Positions 1 to 10,934 of a stretch of 64,000 nt of DNA are shown here, piece by piece (the stretch's first letter is position 1; each line of letters starts with the position of its first letter). The notes beneath the pieces were generated by a model that saw only the letters and a program-made list of their open reading frames with translations, ran no database searches and was not told the origin of the DNA. This DNA comes from Mobula hypostoma (lineage: Eukaryota), in NCBI RefSeq assembly GCF_963921235.1, contig NC_086097.1:65474001-65538000 (forward strand), in the 5' to 3' direction. Position numbers and translations under genes: made by a program.

Positions 1-2520
1 ATGGCCCAGTCAGTCAGGTTACTGCACATCTCTTCACATTAAGGTTCAACTCATTTGCCTGGGATGCAATTAAACCATTTGTATAAATGTTTAGGGTTAA
101 CTGCAGAAACCGTGTAGGTCCATGAGTATGCATGGACTGATGCTCATCTAGCAGGCAATAGGAATTCAGTTGCTGAGGAAACAACATGTTCCTGATTATG
201 GCTGCTTGAGTGCTGCAATCACACTTGTACCTTCCTACCAGACACAGACAAGGGTTAGGACTTCTGCACAGATGTCTACTTTTTATTCTTATGCTACAGG
301 ATCTACCAAAGTGCAAAATGGATTCAAAAGCTTTGACATTAATTTTTTGGAACTAAGCATCATTATCAAAGGTTCATAATGCTTGAGCTGGAAATGGTTA
401 GGAACCATCTTAAACTGTAACAGTTCTTGACACTAAGTTATTCTTATAACGATGTTTTGTGGGGAGTTTCAAGATTTTAAACTAGCAACAATGAGTAAAC
501 TGTCAGTATAGTTACAATATGAAGGGGGAACTTGTATTTATTGATTTATCAATTATCCTGCAGCCTTTGGCCTTCTAGGACGCAGATGTGACAGATTTGG
601 GGCTTGCTGTTACTGAAATAATGTCAATTTATTGGATTACATTTGGTTGATGCTGTAGCTGTGGTTTTTCATGGATGGAAAGAAGTGAGAGCTCCAAGAG
701 TTTCAGTCAGTGTGATAGGGCAGTGATTGAAATATACTCCCGTAAATGCTGCACTGAAATTCTGTGGATTAGGTAACCACATCTGCAAAACAAAGTATCA
801 TCAACATCTCTGGGATGACATGCCCAGAACTGAATATGAAACTCCTCCGCCCCATCAGAAAAAGTAACACTTTTATGTGCATAATAGCAAATAATGATTT
901 TTTTTTAAAGAGAAAACTAGATGATAGGAAACAAATTCACTTCAGATCAGGTTGTGAACTTGTCTTCAGATTTGATGATACATACTATAATTCTGGAAAA
1001 TGAACACATACCCACTGAATGTTAAAAATGCATGAATTTACAGTGCTGTAAGCATTCCTTTTGCTTCTGCAGTTCTTGTTTCAATATTTCATATAAACGG
1101 AAGAAATGGTGTTTTCTATCTGAATGTTAAACATCATCAGCACAGAGCTTCCTGAATGCTATAGCAGCAAAATTACAAGAGCCAGTGAAGACTTTTTGAT
1201 CCTTATCTCCACCTACAGGAACATTTTAAAAATACAGACAGTATTGTCTAATTTATTTTCATTTTTCTTAACGTTCACATCACTGAAAAATTACTTCTGA
1301 CTGCATTCATTGTAAGTATCTCACCCTCAAGGCATAACTGATTAAGGGGCAAGTGTATTAAAAAACACTTAATAGTTTAACAAAAAAAAGAAAAGTTACA
1401 ATACCAAGTTTAGTACTCTCACATTGAAGTAAACTGCCCAGAATTTCTACAGTCCTGACTTTCCACGCAAAGCTGTAATAACACTTTTGATTCTTTCAGG
1501 CTGTCCTGCGGATTGCTTTTACACCTGTTTTAAGGAATGAAGGATGTGTGTGAAGCTGTTTAATATGGAATGACACCAACTACCACTTAGTTTTGTGCAA
1601 GCAGATGCAAAACTGGAGACCAGATTCTGCTGCAGTTAGTGAACATATATACATAGATATATGCCATCCCAAAACACCTACAGATACCTTCTGACCATCC
1701 ATACATGGAAAGAAGACATCATCCTGCCCACAAACTTGCACTCACTTCATATGAAGATGCTCTTATCTTAAAGGTGGAAAATTCCATTGCAAATTGAAAT
1801 TACTTTTAAATTTAAAAAATGATAATACTTCTGTAAAATGTGTATGTTTTTGCAATTCATTAACTTCTAATGAGGCTATTTTACAAAAGGACAGCAAATT
1901 TACATTTTGCCCATTTTTAGAAAACAGCAACAAGTAAAGCAAATGGGAATAACTTTCAAATTAAGCTATCAAAATACTACTGAAGCTGTTTTATTGCCAA
2001 TTAATAACCTATTAGTAGGATATATAAACCCATATTTACATTTAAATTCCAAGTGAGCCTAACAGTGCCCATTGTTAATTAAATGGTATATTCCCAAAAA
2101 CATTCAATTAAGTACTGCATCCAGCAATTTAATATCCAGTTTGCTCTGCTCCAGCAGATGCTTTGATTCACTGATATTTATCAAGGGACTCAGTATTCAA
2201 AATAAACTCAATGCTTTAAAGTGCTGTTTCAGGTGGAGAAAAGGACTTGTCTATCCATGTATTTGAGTTTTAAAATGGGATTTTAATGGTTTTGAAAAAT
2301 AACTTATACACATAGTATCTCATTGCTTTAGATTTTAATTAGGTTTTAACTATTGAGCGCATGTAAAACATTTAGAAATTTTCTAATTTCACTTTTTGTC
2401 ATCTTTTATCCTCACTATTTTATTTTTGTACATTTGGAATCAAATTTTTAAAATATAATTGTTTTCATTCTGTGTGCATCATAAGGTTCACAGACTTCCA
2501 GATCCCCTAAGAACTTTGAG

Positions 2521-3568
2521 CAAAACACCCAAAGTGCTGGAGGAACCTGGAAGGTCAAGCAGCACCTATGGAAGGGAATAAATAGTTGATGTTTTGGTCA
2601 AAGACTTTTCAACAGGACTGGAAAGGAAGGGGAAAGAAGCCAGAATTAGATGGTGGGAACAGGTGAAGGAATACAAGTACCATAAGTTTGAGAAATCAAT
2701 GTTCATGCCATCAGGTTGGAGGCTACCCAGATGGAATATAAGGTCACCTCCTTAGTGAGTTGGGTAACATCAGTAAGTTGGGTGTTACCGACGTAGAGGA
2801 GGCTGCAAGGGAAGCACCATATAGAGAAGGTGACCCTAGAAAATTCACAGGTGAAGTGCCACCTCACCTGGAAGGACTGGTTGAGGCCCTGAATAGTGAT
2901 GAGGAAGGAGGTGCAATAGCAGGTGTAGCACGTGCCACTTGCAGTAATAAGTGCCAGGAGGGAGAAGATAATTGGGGAGGAACAAGTGGTCAAGGGAGTT
3001 GGTCTAAAGCCTTATCTACCACCACAATAAGGACATATTCAGGTTGGAGAAACAATAACTCATATTCCACCTGGGCAGCCTCCAATCTGATGGCATGAAG
3101 TTAGATTTCTCAAAATTCTGATCATTTCTTCACCCTCCCACTTCTCCCTTTTTTCATTCTTGATTCTGGTTCCCTGCTGACCCCTTCTCTTTTCTTCCGT
3201 TCACCCGCCCATCACTTCCTCCTGGAATCCCTCTTCCTTCCCTTTTTTCCATGGGCTATTGTCCTCTCTCATCACATTCCTTCTTCTTCAGCCCTTCATC
3301 TCATCCACCCGTCATCGCCTAGTTTCTTACTTCGTACAGCCTCCCCCACCCACCTACATTCTCTTCATTTGATCTCACCTATTACCTGCCAGCAATGCTC
3401 TATATTTTGGCTTCTTCCCACTTGCTTTCCAGTACTGATTAAGGGTCTTGGCCCAAAATGATGAATGTTTATTCCCCTCCATAGATGCTGCCTGACCTGC
3501 TGAGTTCCTCCAGCACTTGTGCGTGTTACTCTGGATTTCCACCATCTGCAGAATCTTTTGTGTTTACG
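2521..3568. mobile_element. Penelope-like element relic: minus-strand copy (about 2521-3000) joined head-to-head to a plus-strand copy (about 3010-3568)
   Basis: Minus ORF 2703-2993 reads QSFQVRWHFTCEFSRVTFSIWCFPCSLLYVGNT (GIY-YIG endonuclease). Both arms end in the pLTR sequence ...agatgctgcctgacctgctgagttcctccagc..., each with a decayed hammerhead core. Confidence 0.85.
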
Positions 3569-4049
3569 ATTTGCTGCAGCACTGAGAACTTCTTTCTTTT
3601 GGTTTCGAGTAACTGTAATTTCTGATATAGAACCCTGCAGTATGTTTGTTGTCAAGTTTAAGCATAATGAATAGCCAGTAAACTTCATTCTTTCCTGATC
3701 ACAAAATATGCTGTTGCATATTTTTCAAATAGGTTATTCATAATTTTTCAGCCTCACATACCTGCTAAAGCTTTGACAAGGTACAGCTTAATTAACAAAC
3801 AAAACTAAGCCTACAACCTAATTAATTTATAGAAGAGCAATCATGCCAAATTCTGACATCCACTGCAATTAGGGAGAAATTTTTCTTAATTTGAGCACTT
3901 TTAGAAAAGCTCTCCAAGTCAAATTCAAAATATTCTTGAGTATCACAGGACCAAACTTCTCCTTTTATCACAATAGTATCATTGGGGAAATAGTAGAATT
4001 GATTAGGTGTTGGTTGAAGCTGCATAAATAGGGTGCAGTTATTAATGAG

Positions 4050-4740
4050 AAAAAATCAAAATGGAGTTTTTGGTAATAAATACCTTCCCCTGGGATTACG
4101 TGCTGCGTTATTTGCAGTTCATTATTTTTATGAATGATCAATAGTCGTATTGTTGAATGTGGGAATGATTTAAAAAGTATGTGTGAGTAACCAATAAGGA
4201 AGGATTACCAGATTGGAAGCTGATTTGGATAACTCAATTGAATGGGCTCTTAAATGGCAATTATCATTCACTGCAGAATAACAGAGAATTTTGCATGAGA
4301 CTATGCATTCAAACAGCATCTAGTCAACACCAGAATGCATATTAAAAGTAAAAGAGAAAGTATGTGACTTAGGACTGACTACTGACTCCAGAAAGGTTCA
4401 CACCAGCAAGGGCAGCTATAAAGAGGCAAATAATGTTTTTTGAAGTATGTTTATGTAAAGGAAGTATAAAATTTAAAGAGTGCTGTATATAAGTTGCAAA
4501 AAGGTTTTTACTTAACTTTAGAAAATCATGCCCAGCTTCAGGCCCCATTTCTGGTGAGTGAGTATTCATTGAAAGTAGATGTTAAGGTACTTAAACCTAG
4601 ATTTTGCAGATACATAGGTAATTTCACAGGTAAAGCTATTAACTTTTGAGAAGCAACAACCCTAGAAATAGGGGAAGGAAGTGAATTTAAAATTACAGAA
4701 GGATTATATAAGATATTTGGAAAAGTTGGTGCTGATACCA
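4050..4740 (+). mobile_element. Very old CR1-type LINE RT/3' fragment
   Basis: Degenerate matches to CR1 RT C-terminal motifs (EWALKWQLSF at about 4240-4270), collinear with the younger CR1 copies in the window. Confidence 0.55.
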
Positions 4741-5904
4741 AATCTCACAAGTTCAATACATGTGAATCTATTTTACACTTTACTCTCAAAAACAATTTAT
4801 ACTTGTTCTGAAATGGCAAGCTCATTCATATCAATTCATGAAGTTTCATGAAAATATGATGCCCTTAATGTTTGCCATTTTTGAGTCCTAAACTTTCAAT
4901 GTGAAAATACATTAAACAAAAAATATTAAAAAGTCACTGAGAGGAGTTGTCATATATAAATAGTGAGTACTTAATGGAAACATTATTTTGCAAACTGCTA
5001 AGTCCCTAATTGCTGTGATATTGAACTGGGATTGTATAATCTATTAAAAAGTGCCCAATACTCTTTGCAAAATAATAATGTATAACCTCACTTCTATTAA
5101 GTAGATCATGTATACATCGAATAAAAATAAACTAACATAATTTATCACATTAAATTAAGGAAATAATTATGAAACAGACAGAAAAAGAATATATTACTTC
5201 AACTGATCAGTGACAGCATCTAAACTTCTTAGTGAAGTTACTTCCATTATGTTTCCTAAACTATGTTCAAATGCAATAAAAACAGAAAATTTCAATGAGA
5301 AACATCAATTGGTGTGTAAATTATGATAAACTACATATTCAATGGAATTTCACATGCAGAGCATGAATGCAATCATCTGTAAGCATAAATATTATTTTTT
5401 CCTCATTCCTTTGATATCATTTTTGTTCTTAAACATTTCTACAAAAAGGACAAAAATACTATTTTATAAACCCATACTTCCTTCCTTTTCTCCAAAGCTG
5501 AAGCCACACATATAGCACTGTTCTGATATCAAGTCACATACATGCTTATTGCAATTCCTCTTAATTCAAAAGACTTACTGATACAATGGCTTTTTTTAAG
5601 CTTCCAGTTTGCTGTTCTATGGTACAGTAATTCAAATTATTTGCTTTGTTGCATAAAACACTTCGACTTACAGCTTTGATTGTGCTACACTGTTTCCTTT
5701 CCCATTATGAGATTGAAATTCAATTTTTAACAGAGTGAAATGGGATAACAACCATGTCCATGACTTTTGGCAGCTCTCTCAAAATTAAACCAAGCATTAC
5801 ACATTTGATAACATCTACCACTGATGCCCAACTAGTATCATCAATCCTAGTTCAGTTTTCTAAAGCTTCCCTATAATTGGTTATTCTCAAATCAACCAGA
5901 CAAA

Positions 5905-6680
5905 TAACAACATGAATGCTGGGAGAACTCAGCAGGTCAAGCTGCATCTGTAGGGGCAAAATATTTAACTCAACATTTCAAGATCCTGCATTAGGACTAA
6001 GGGGAACTAGAAAAATTGCCAGTAATTAGCAGTATATAAGGGATTTGTACAAGGTTGGTGCATGATAAGTGGAACCAAATGGCACAGAGATGATAGGCCA
6101 ATGGGATAGATAAAGGGAGAGCTGACGAAAACTAGATGGAAATTTGAATGTGTGAGGAAGGAGTGAAACGGGAGTGTGGGTTACCTGAAAATATAATGTT
6201 CAAATATTGGGTTATAAGCTCCACCCCTCCCCTCTCCTCTCCCTACCCCCCTCCCCTTCTGCTTTCCACAGAAACCAGGAACCTGTGATCCACTTATTCC
6301 TTCCCATTTAACCCTCCCTTGTCCCTGGCACTTCCTTTGACCGATAGCAGGTGTCCTGTCATTTTCTCCCTCACTACTATCCAGGGACATAAACAGAAGT
6401 TTACCTGCACCTTTTCCAACATGGTCTATTGCATCTGGTATTCATGATGTAGCCTCCTCTACAATGGTGAAACCATGATAGACAAGGCCACTCCTTAGCA
6501 GAACACCTGTCCTCTCTCTGCAATGAGTACAGTATTTGGAGCAACCATATGCATTTCAATTTTAACTCTCCTTCCCACTTGTGCACCAACTTGTCTGTCC
6601 TCTGCCTTTTCTTTAGTTATAAAGTGATCAAATGTAAACTGGAAGAACATATGAAACTCTAATTGGGTAGCGTACATCCA
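5905..6680. mobile_element. Old Penelope-like relic: minus pLTR (about 5905-6215) plus plus-strand GIY-YIG fragment (about 6400-6680)
   Basis: gctgggagaactcagcaggtcaagctgcatctg is the pLTR end. From about 6400 the plus strand translates FTCTFSNMVYCIWYS*CSLLYNGET. Confidence 0.7.
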
Positions 6681-8124
6681 TTTTTAAAAAAAGATTCTAG
6701 CTTCTGCAAACACATGATATGCTCTGCATCTGAGGATCTGATTATTGAAAAACTCTCACTTGCAAGTTTTCCCCACTACACTATCCATTCCACAGTCTGG
6801 TATTATTATGAAACCTGTAATAACTTCCACACAAGGATACTCCTGCAAGGCAAGCAGGAAGCATGCAAGGTGCTCCTGCAAGAATTACTGGAAGACGTAG
6901 TTGATGCACTGGCACTGGAAGACCACAGGCAAGAATGTAAACACTGAGGGAGGAGTTACGATGGCCCATTAGAAAAAGAACTTCTTCTTTCATGCTCTAC
7001 AGTGTCTCAATCTTCAATGCTGACCTCTCCAAGCCATAGTATCTACTAACGTTAAGGTGTACTAAGACAACTCTCAAAGAAAAACTGCAACTTTCCATAA
7101 CCTGAGCTCCAGATTCCAAACCATCCTCATAAAATGTTGAAGTCAATGCCACTGACGTATTCATGGTCCTCGCTTCAGTATCAATCCAGGCACAACTGCA
7201 GCTGATCAGTGTTGCAGAGTGATCAGCTGCTTATTGGACAACTTAGCAAACATGTTAACATAGTCCTACAAGAGGAACAGCAGATAACGAGAGGTCCAAG
7301 ATATGGAATCGGAGCACAGGTATCAGAAGCTCTACAAATTGAGACAATAGTGTGGACTCTTCCTCAGACGGGTAATAAAGATCTAATTATGTTCACATTC
7401 CAAATCTTTATCTTAGTTATTTTCATACTGAAAGAGAGCAGAGCATTCAACCTTTGCAATACCACAAGTAATTGGCATGTAACTAGAGAATATCATTGAT
7501 CATATCAGGTCCCTGGATTTGTTTCCCTGCTCCTCAGGGACTGCAACAGCATGGTTTTCATCCTTGGAGTTTAGGGATATTGCCCCTGAAGGTGTTCTTC
7601 ACAGGCACCTCCTGGTAAGCACATCTGCTCTCACTTTCCCTTGGTGGCTCTTATTGAATCAAATTTCAAGGTCTCAATCGGCTACTCTTAAGTTTTCTCT
7701 CTCTCCTCCTTTGCTGCCATTCTTAAAACAGGTTTCAGCAGAGGAATGTGTGTTTGCATACTCTTAAAATCTGGAGCCTCACAGACAAGTGCCAGCATTG
7801 TCTCATGATTGCAGGTCCTACCACCCCCCTCCCCACCCGGGGTGCCAAATTACATACAGAATGACATTTGGTAAAAAAGGCTTGTGCTGTACAAAAATAA
7901 GAATTGGAGGTTGTGCTCCTTTGGCAATTTTTTAAACTAATGTTCAATATGTCAGGAAGTGTTGATGTTTTAATGTTTTGTATATTGAAGCAAAAATTAA
8001 AGAGGGATTTTGTAAACAACAACACATAATACAAGTCTTTCATTAAATGAAATATATTTTGGTATGATCTTAGCAATTTTCCAAAATTGTAAATCATTCA
8101 AAATTATATCATATTGTATATAAC

Positions 8125-8560
8125 TCTGGTTAGTCTGTACCTGGAGTAGTGCATTCAATTCTGGTCAGCCCATAAAAGGAAGGCTCTGTAAAGGGTGCAG
8201 AAAATGTTTATCAGAATGCTGCCTGACTTAGAGTATACATGTTGTAAGGAGAGGTTGGATACAATAGAGTTGTTTTCTCTGGCTGAGGGAAGACCAGTTA
8301 TGAGAGGAATAGATAAGAGTAGACAGCCACCATCATTTCCCAGGGATGAAACGTTGAGTACGAGAGGGCGTGCCTTTTAGATAAGAGGGAAAACATTCAA
8401 AGGCCATGTGTGGAGCAGGGCTTTTTTGCACATAAAGTGGGGTGCTGACAGGGGTGGTGTGGAAGCAGATACAACAAATGCATTTCAGGGTCTCTTAGAT
8501 GGGCATGTTAATATGCAGAGAACAGAGAGATACAGACTAAGTGCAAGTAGAAGGGATTAG
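8125..8560 (+). mobile_element. Old CR1 3' fragment
   Basis: Decayed TLVxxxLExCIQFWSA and QKMFIRMLPDLE...STRGRAF motifs, homologous to the CR1 ORF2 C-terminus elsewhere in the window. Confidence 0.85.
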
Positions 8561-8565
8561 GTATC

Positions 8566-8685
8566 AAAACAAGACAAAATCTACAAATGCTGGAAATCCA
8601 AGCAACACACGCAAAATGCTAGAGGAACGCAGCATCTATGGAAAAGAGTATAGATGATGTTTCGGGCTGAGACCCTTCATCAGGT
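8566..8685 (-). mobile_element. Penelope pLTR fragment with hammerhead core (CUGAUGA...GAAAC; cleavage triplet decayed to AUC; stem I lost)
   Basis: Minus strand cctgatgaagggtctcagcccgaaacatc at 8656-8684. Confidence 0.8.
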
Positions 8686-9354
8686 ACAATTTGCTTAATT
8701 AGTTTGGCACATCTAATGCAACACTGGTCAATGTCGTATATAAACTTTTGGGTTGATTTTTGCATGGAAATATAATTATTTCCAATCCAATTAACCCGTA
8801 GGCTTTGCAAAAATATATATTTTCATAATATTCATTGCTCCATCATAATGTTGTCAAGCTTTACACTTGTTTTATTATCTTTTTTCGGAGACAACTCAAA
8901 AAAAAATCAGTGTCAAACTAAACTTACTCTAATAGTCTTATTCTGTCCCCCACTTAGACCGAACACAAACAATGGCCTTTTATCCTTATAAATCAAAACT
9001 CATTAAAATCTGGACCTCAAGCAATCTTCCAACTGCAGCCTCCAAGAAACTTGGATTCATTCTCCATACCAAAGTCTTTTAGAACATAATCCAAAGATTC
9101 CATGAGTAGGTATTTCTATTGATTGACATTTGCTTTCCAATATCTAGTCTCTCTCAATGTCTCAAACCTTCCAGTAATTCTCAAAGTCATTAATATTACT
9201 ATGATTAATGCTAACTTCCTGTTCTACTTAATATCCATATATGTTACTACAAACTCACTTCCATCCTCCCGATCCATCATGATGAAATCAAGACTGATTT
9301 AGCCTTGATTAAATAAGAGTGGAGGTTTACAGATGCACCAAATTCATTACGGTC

Positions 9355-9466
9355 CACAATATCAGCATTAAAGACAGATCTGTCTTCAAAGCTGAAGAAA
9401 GACATGAGAACACAATATCAGCATTAAAGACAGATCTGTCTTCAAAGCTGAAGAAAGACATTAGAA
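9355..9466. repeat. Tandem duplication, 2 x 56 bp, one mismatch
   Basis: cacaatatcagcattaaagacagatctgtcttcaaagctgaagaaagacat(g/t)agaa at 9355-9410 and 9411-9466. Confidence 0.97.
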
Positions 9467-10084
9467 TTTCTGGAAGGGTGAGAATAAGTAGCACAGGTTG
9501 AGCATCTTTGAATCTCTCCACCCCATTCCAAACCAAATAGCTGGACTGGTAGTCCATCTCATAAAAAAAGCCAAACTGGTGATATTTGATAAATGGAAAG
9601 ATGCAGTTTTCTGATTGTAGATTAAGTACAGTGATTTTACTTATTGGATTATGCTAAAAAAAACTACTTCCTAAATAATGCACAATTCAAACTGGCCTTA
9701 TTTAAGAACTAATTAAAATTAAAATATGTAGTTGCTCTCATTCACCTGCCAACAGAGTTTAAAGTCAAATTTGAGTACAACTGTCAGCATATTTTTACAA
9801 AATTAATTTGTGCAGAAAGATACTGATATCAAGGAGAAAGTGCAAGGGTAGGGCAGCAGGCAGAGGTGTCAGGTGAATGAAAGGAGAGAAGAATGGAGAA
9901 AAAAGAAAGTGTAGTGAGAAAAGCAAAAAAGTGATAGTAAAAAGGCACAAAGGTAACAAAAAAAGGAAGATGTGAAAAGCAGATTGAGGGATGAAGAATC
10001 AACAAAGGATACAAGAGATTTGAAGGGAGGTCAGGAGGCAGATGGAGAGCAAGGTAGAGAAAAATGATGGGAGTAAGGATATGG

Positions 10085-10387
10085 CACGTGGCCAAGTAGT
10101 TAAGGCATTGGTCTAGTGATCTGAAGGTCGCTATTTCGAGCCTCAGCTAAGGCTGCCTGTTGTGTCCTTGAGCAAGGCACTTAACCACACATTGCTCTGC
10201 GACGACACCGGTGCCAAGCTGTATCAGCCCTAGTGCCCTTCCCTTGGACAACATCGGTAGCGTGGAGAGGGGAAGCTTGCAGCATGGGCAACTGCCGGTC
10301 TTCCATACAACCTTGCCCAGGCCTGCGCCCTGGAAACCTCCCAAGGCGCAAATCCATGGTCTCATGAGACCAACGGATGCCTATAAG
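10085..10387 (+). mobile_element. tRNA-derived CORE-SINE with an Ingi/Vingi-like body and tail
   Basis: A box tggccaagtagtt, B-box-like atttcgagcc, CORE-like tgtgtccttgagcaaggcacttaacc, and a 10 bp TSD aaggatatgg at 10075-10084 and 10388-10397. Confidence 0.9.
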
Positions 10388-10699
10388 AAGGATATGGAGA
10401 GATGGTGAAGAAAGTAGTAGACAGAATGCTTACTTTGAATACAAGAGCAGAGACAAAGGAAAATAAAAATGGAGAATTCATAATTGATTAAAAAGGAGTA
10501 AATTATAGCACAACTTGAATATTCACACTCTTTCCTTGATTGCTCCCTATATTGGTCTAATTACAGTCTGGTATTTGATATCTGAACCTCTATTGAACAA
10601 CTCTGAAACAGCAATCCCTGGTCACGATAAAATATTCAGAAAGGAAAAGTTGAATCCACCATACTCTTACTCCAGCAATGGATCTTGAGAATTGGAAAT

Positions 10700-10873
10700 C
10701 ACACCCCCACCCCTGTTCACCTTCCGCAGGTGATGTTTCAAGAAAGCTGTATCCATTATTAAGGACTCTCACCATTCAGGACATGCCTTCTTCTCATTAC
10801 TGCCATCAGAGAGGAGGTACAGGATGTTTTAGGAACAGTTTTTTCCCCTTCACCATCAAATTTCTGAATGAAT
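10700..10873 (+). mobile_element. Rex1/Babar-type LINE 3' fragment, left half; interrupted by CR1, resumes at about 15016-15166
   Basis: Decayed IIKDxHHxGHAFFSLLPSxRRY and FRNSFFPFTIKFLN motifs. The 3' UTR continues after the CR1 (tgaacccatgaacattacctcact...aataaatatgattctga). Confidence 0.8.
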
Positions 10874-10934
10874 CATGAACATAGAACAGTACAGCATATT
10901 ACACGCCCTTCAGCCCACAATGTTGCACCGACCC

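Noticed and set aside
1485..1560. Splice acceptor-like ttttgattctttcag suggesting a coding exon
   Set aside because: No convincing donor or recognisable peptide follows.
9355..9466. CRISPR-like palindromic repeats
   Set aside because: Only two directly adjacent units, no unique spacer, no cas genes, and a eukaryotic context.
9830..10075. Purine-rich tract giving a hydrophobic minus-strand ORF
   Set aside because: Low-complexity GA-rich sequence.
10085..10155. tRNA gene (also 40682-40750)
   Set aside because: A and B boxes are present, but there is no proper cloverleaf and it continues into a CORE domain with TSDs, so it is a SINE head.
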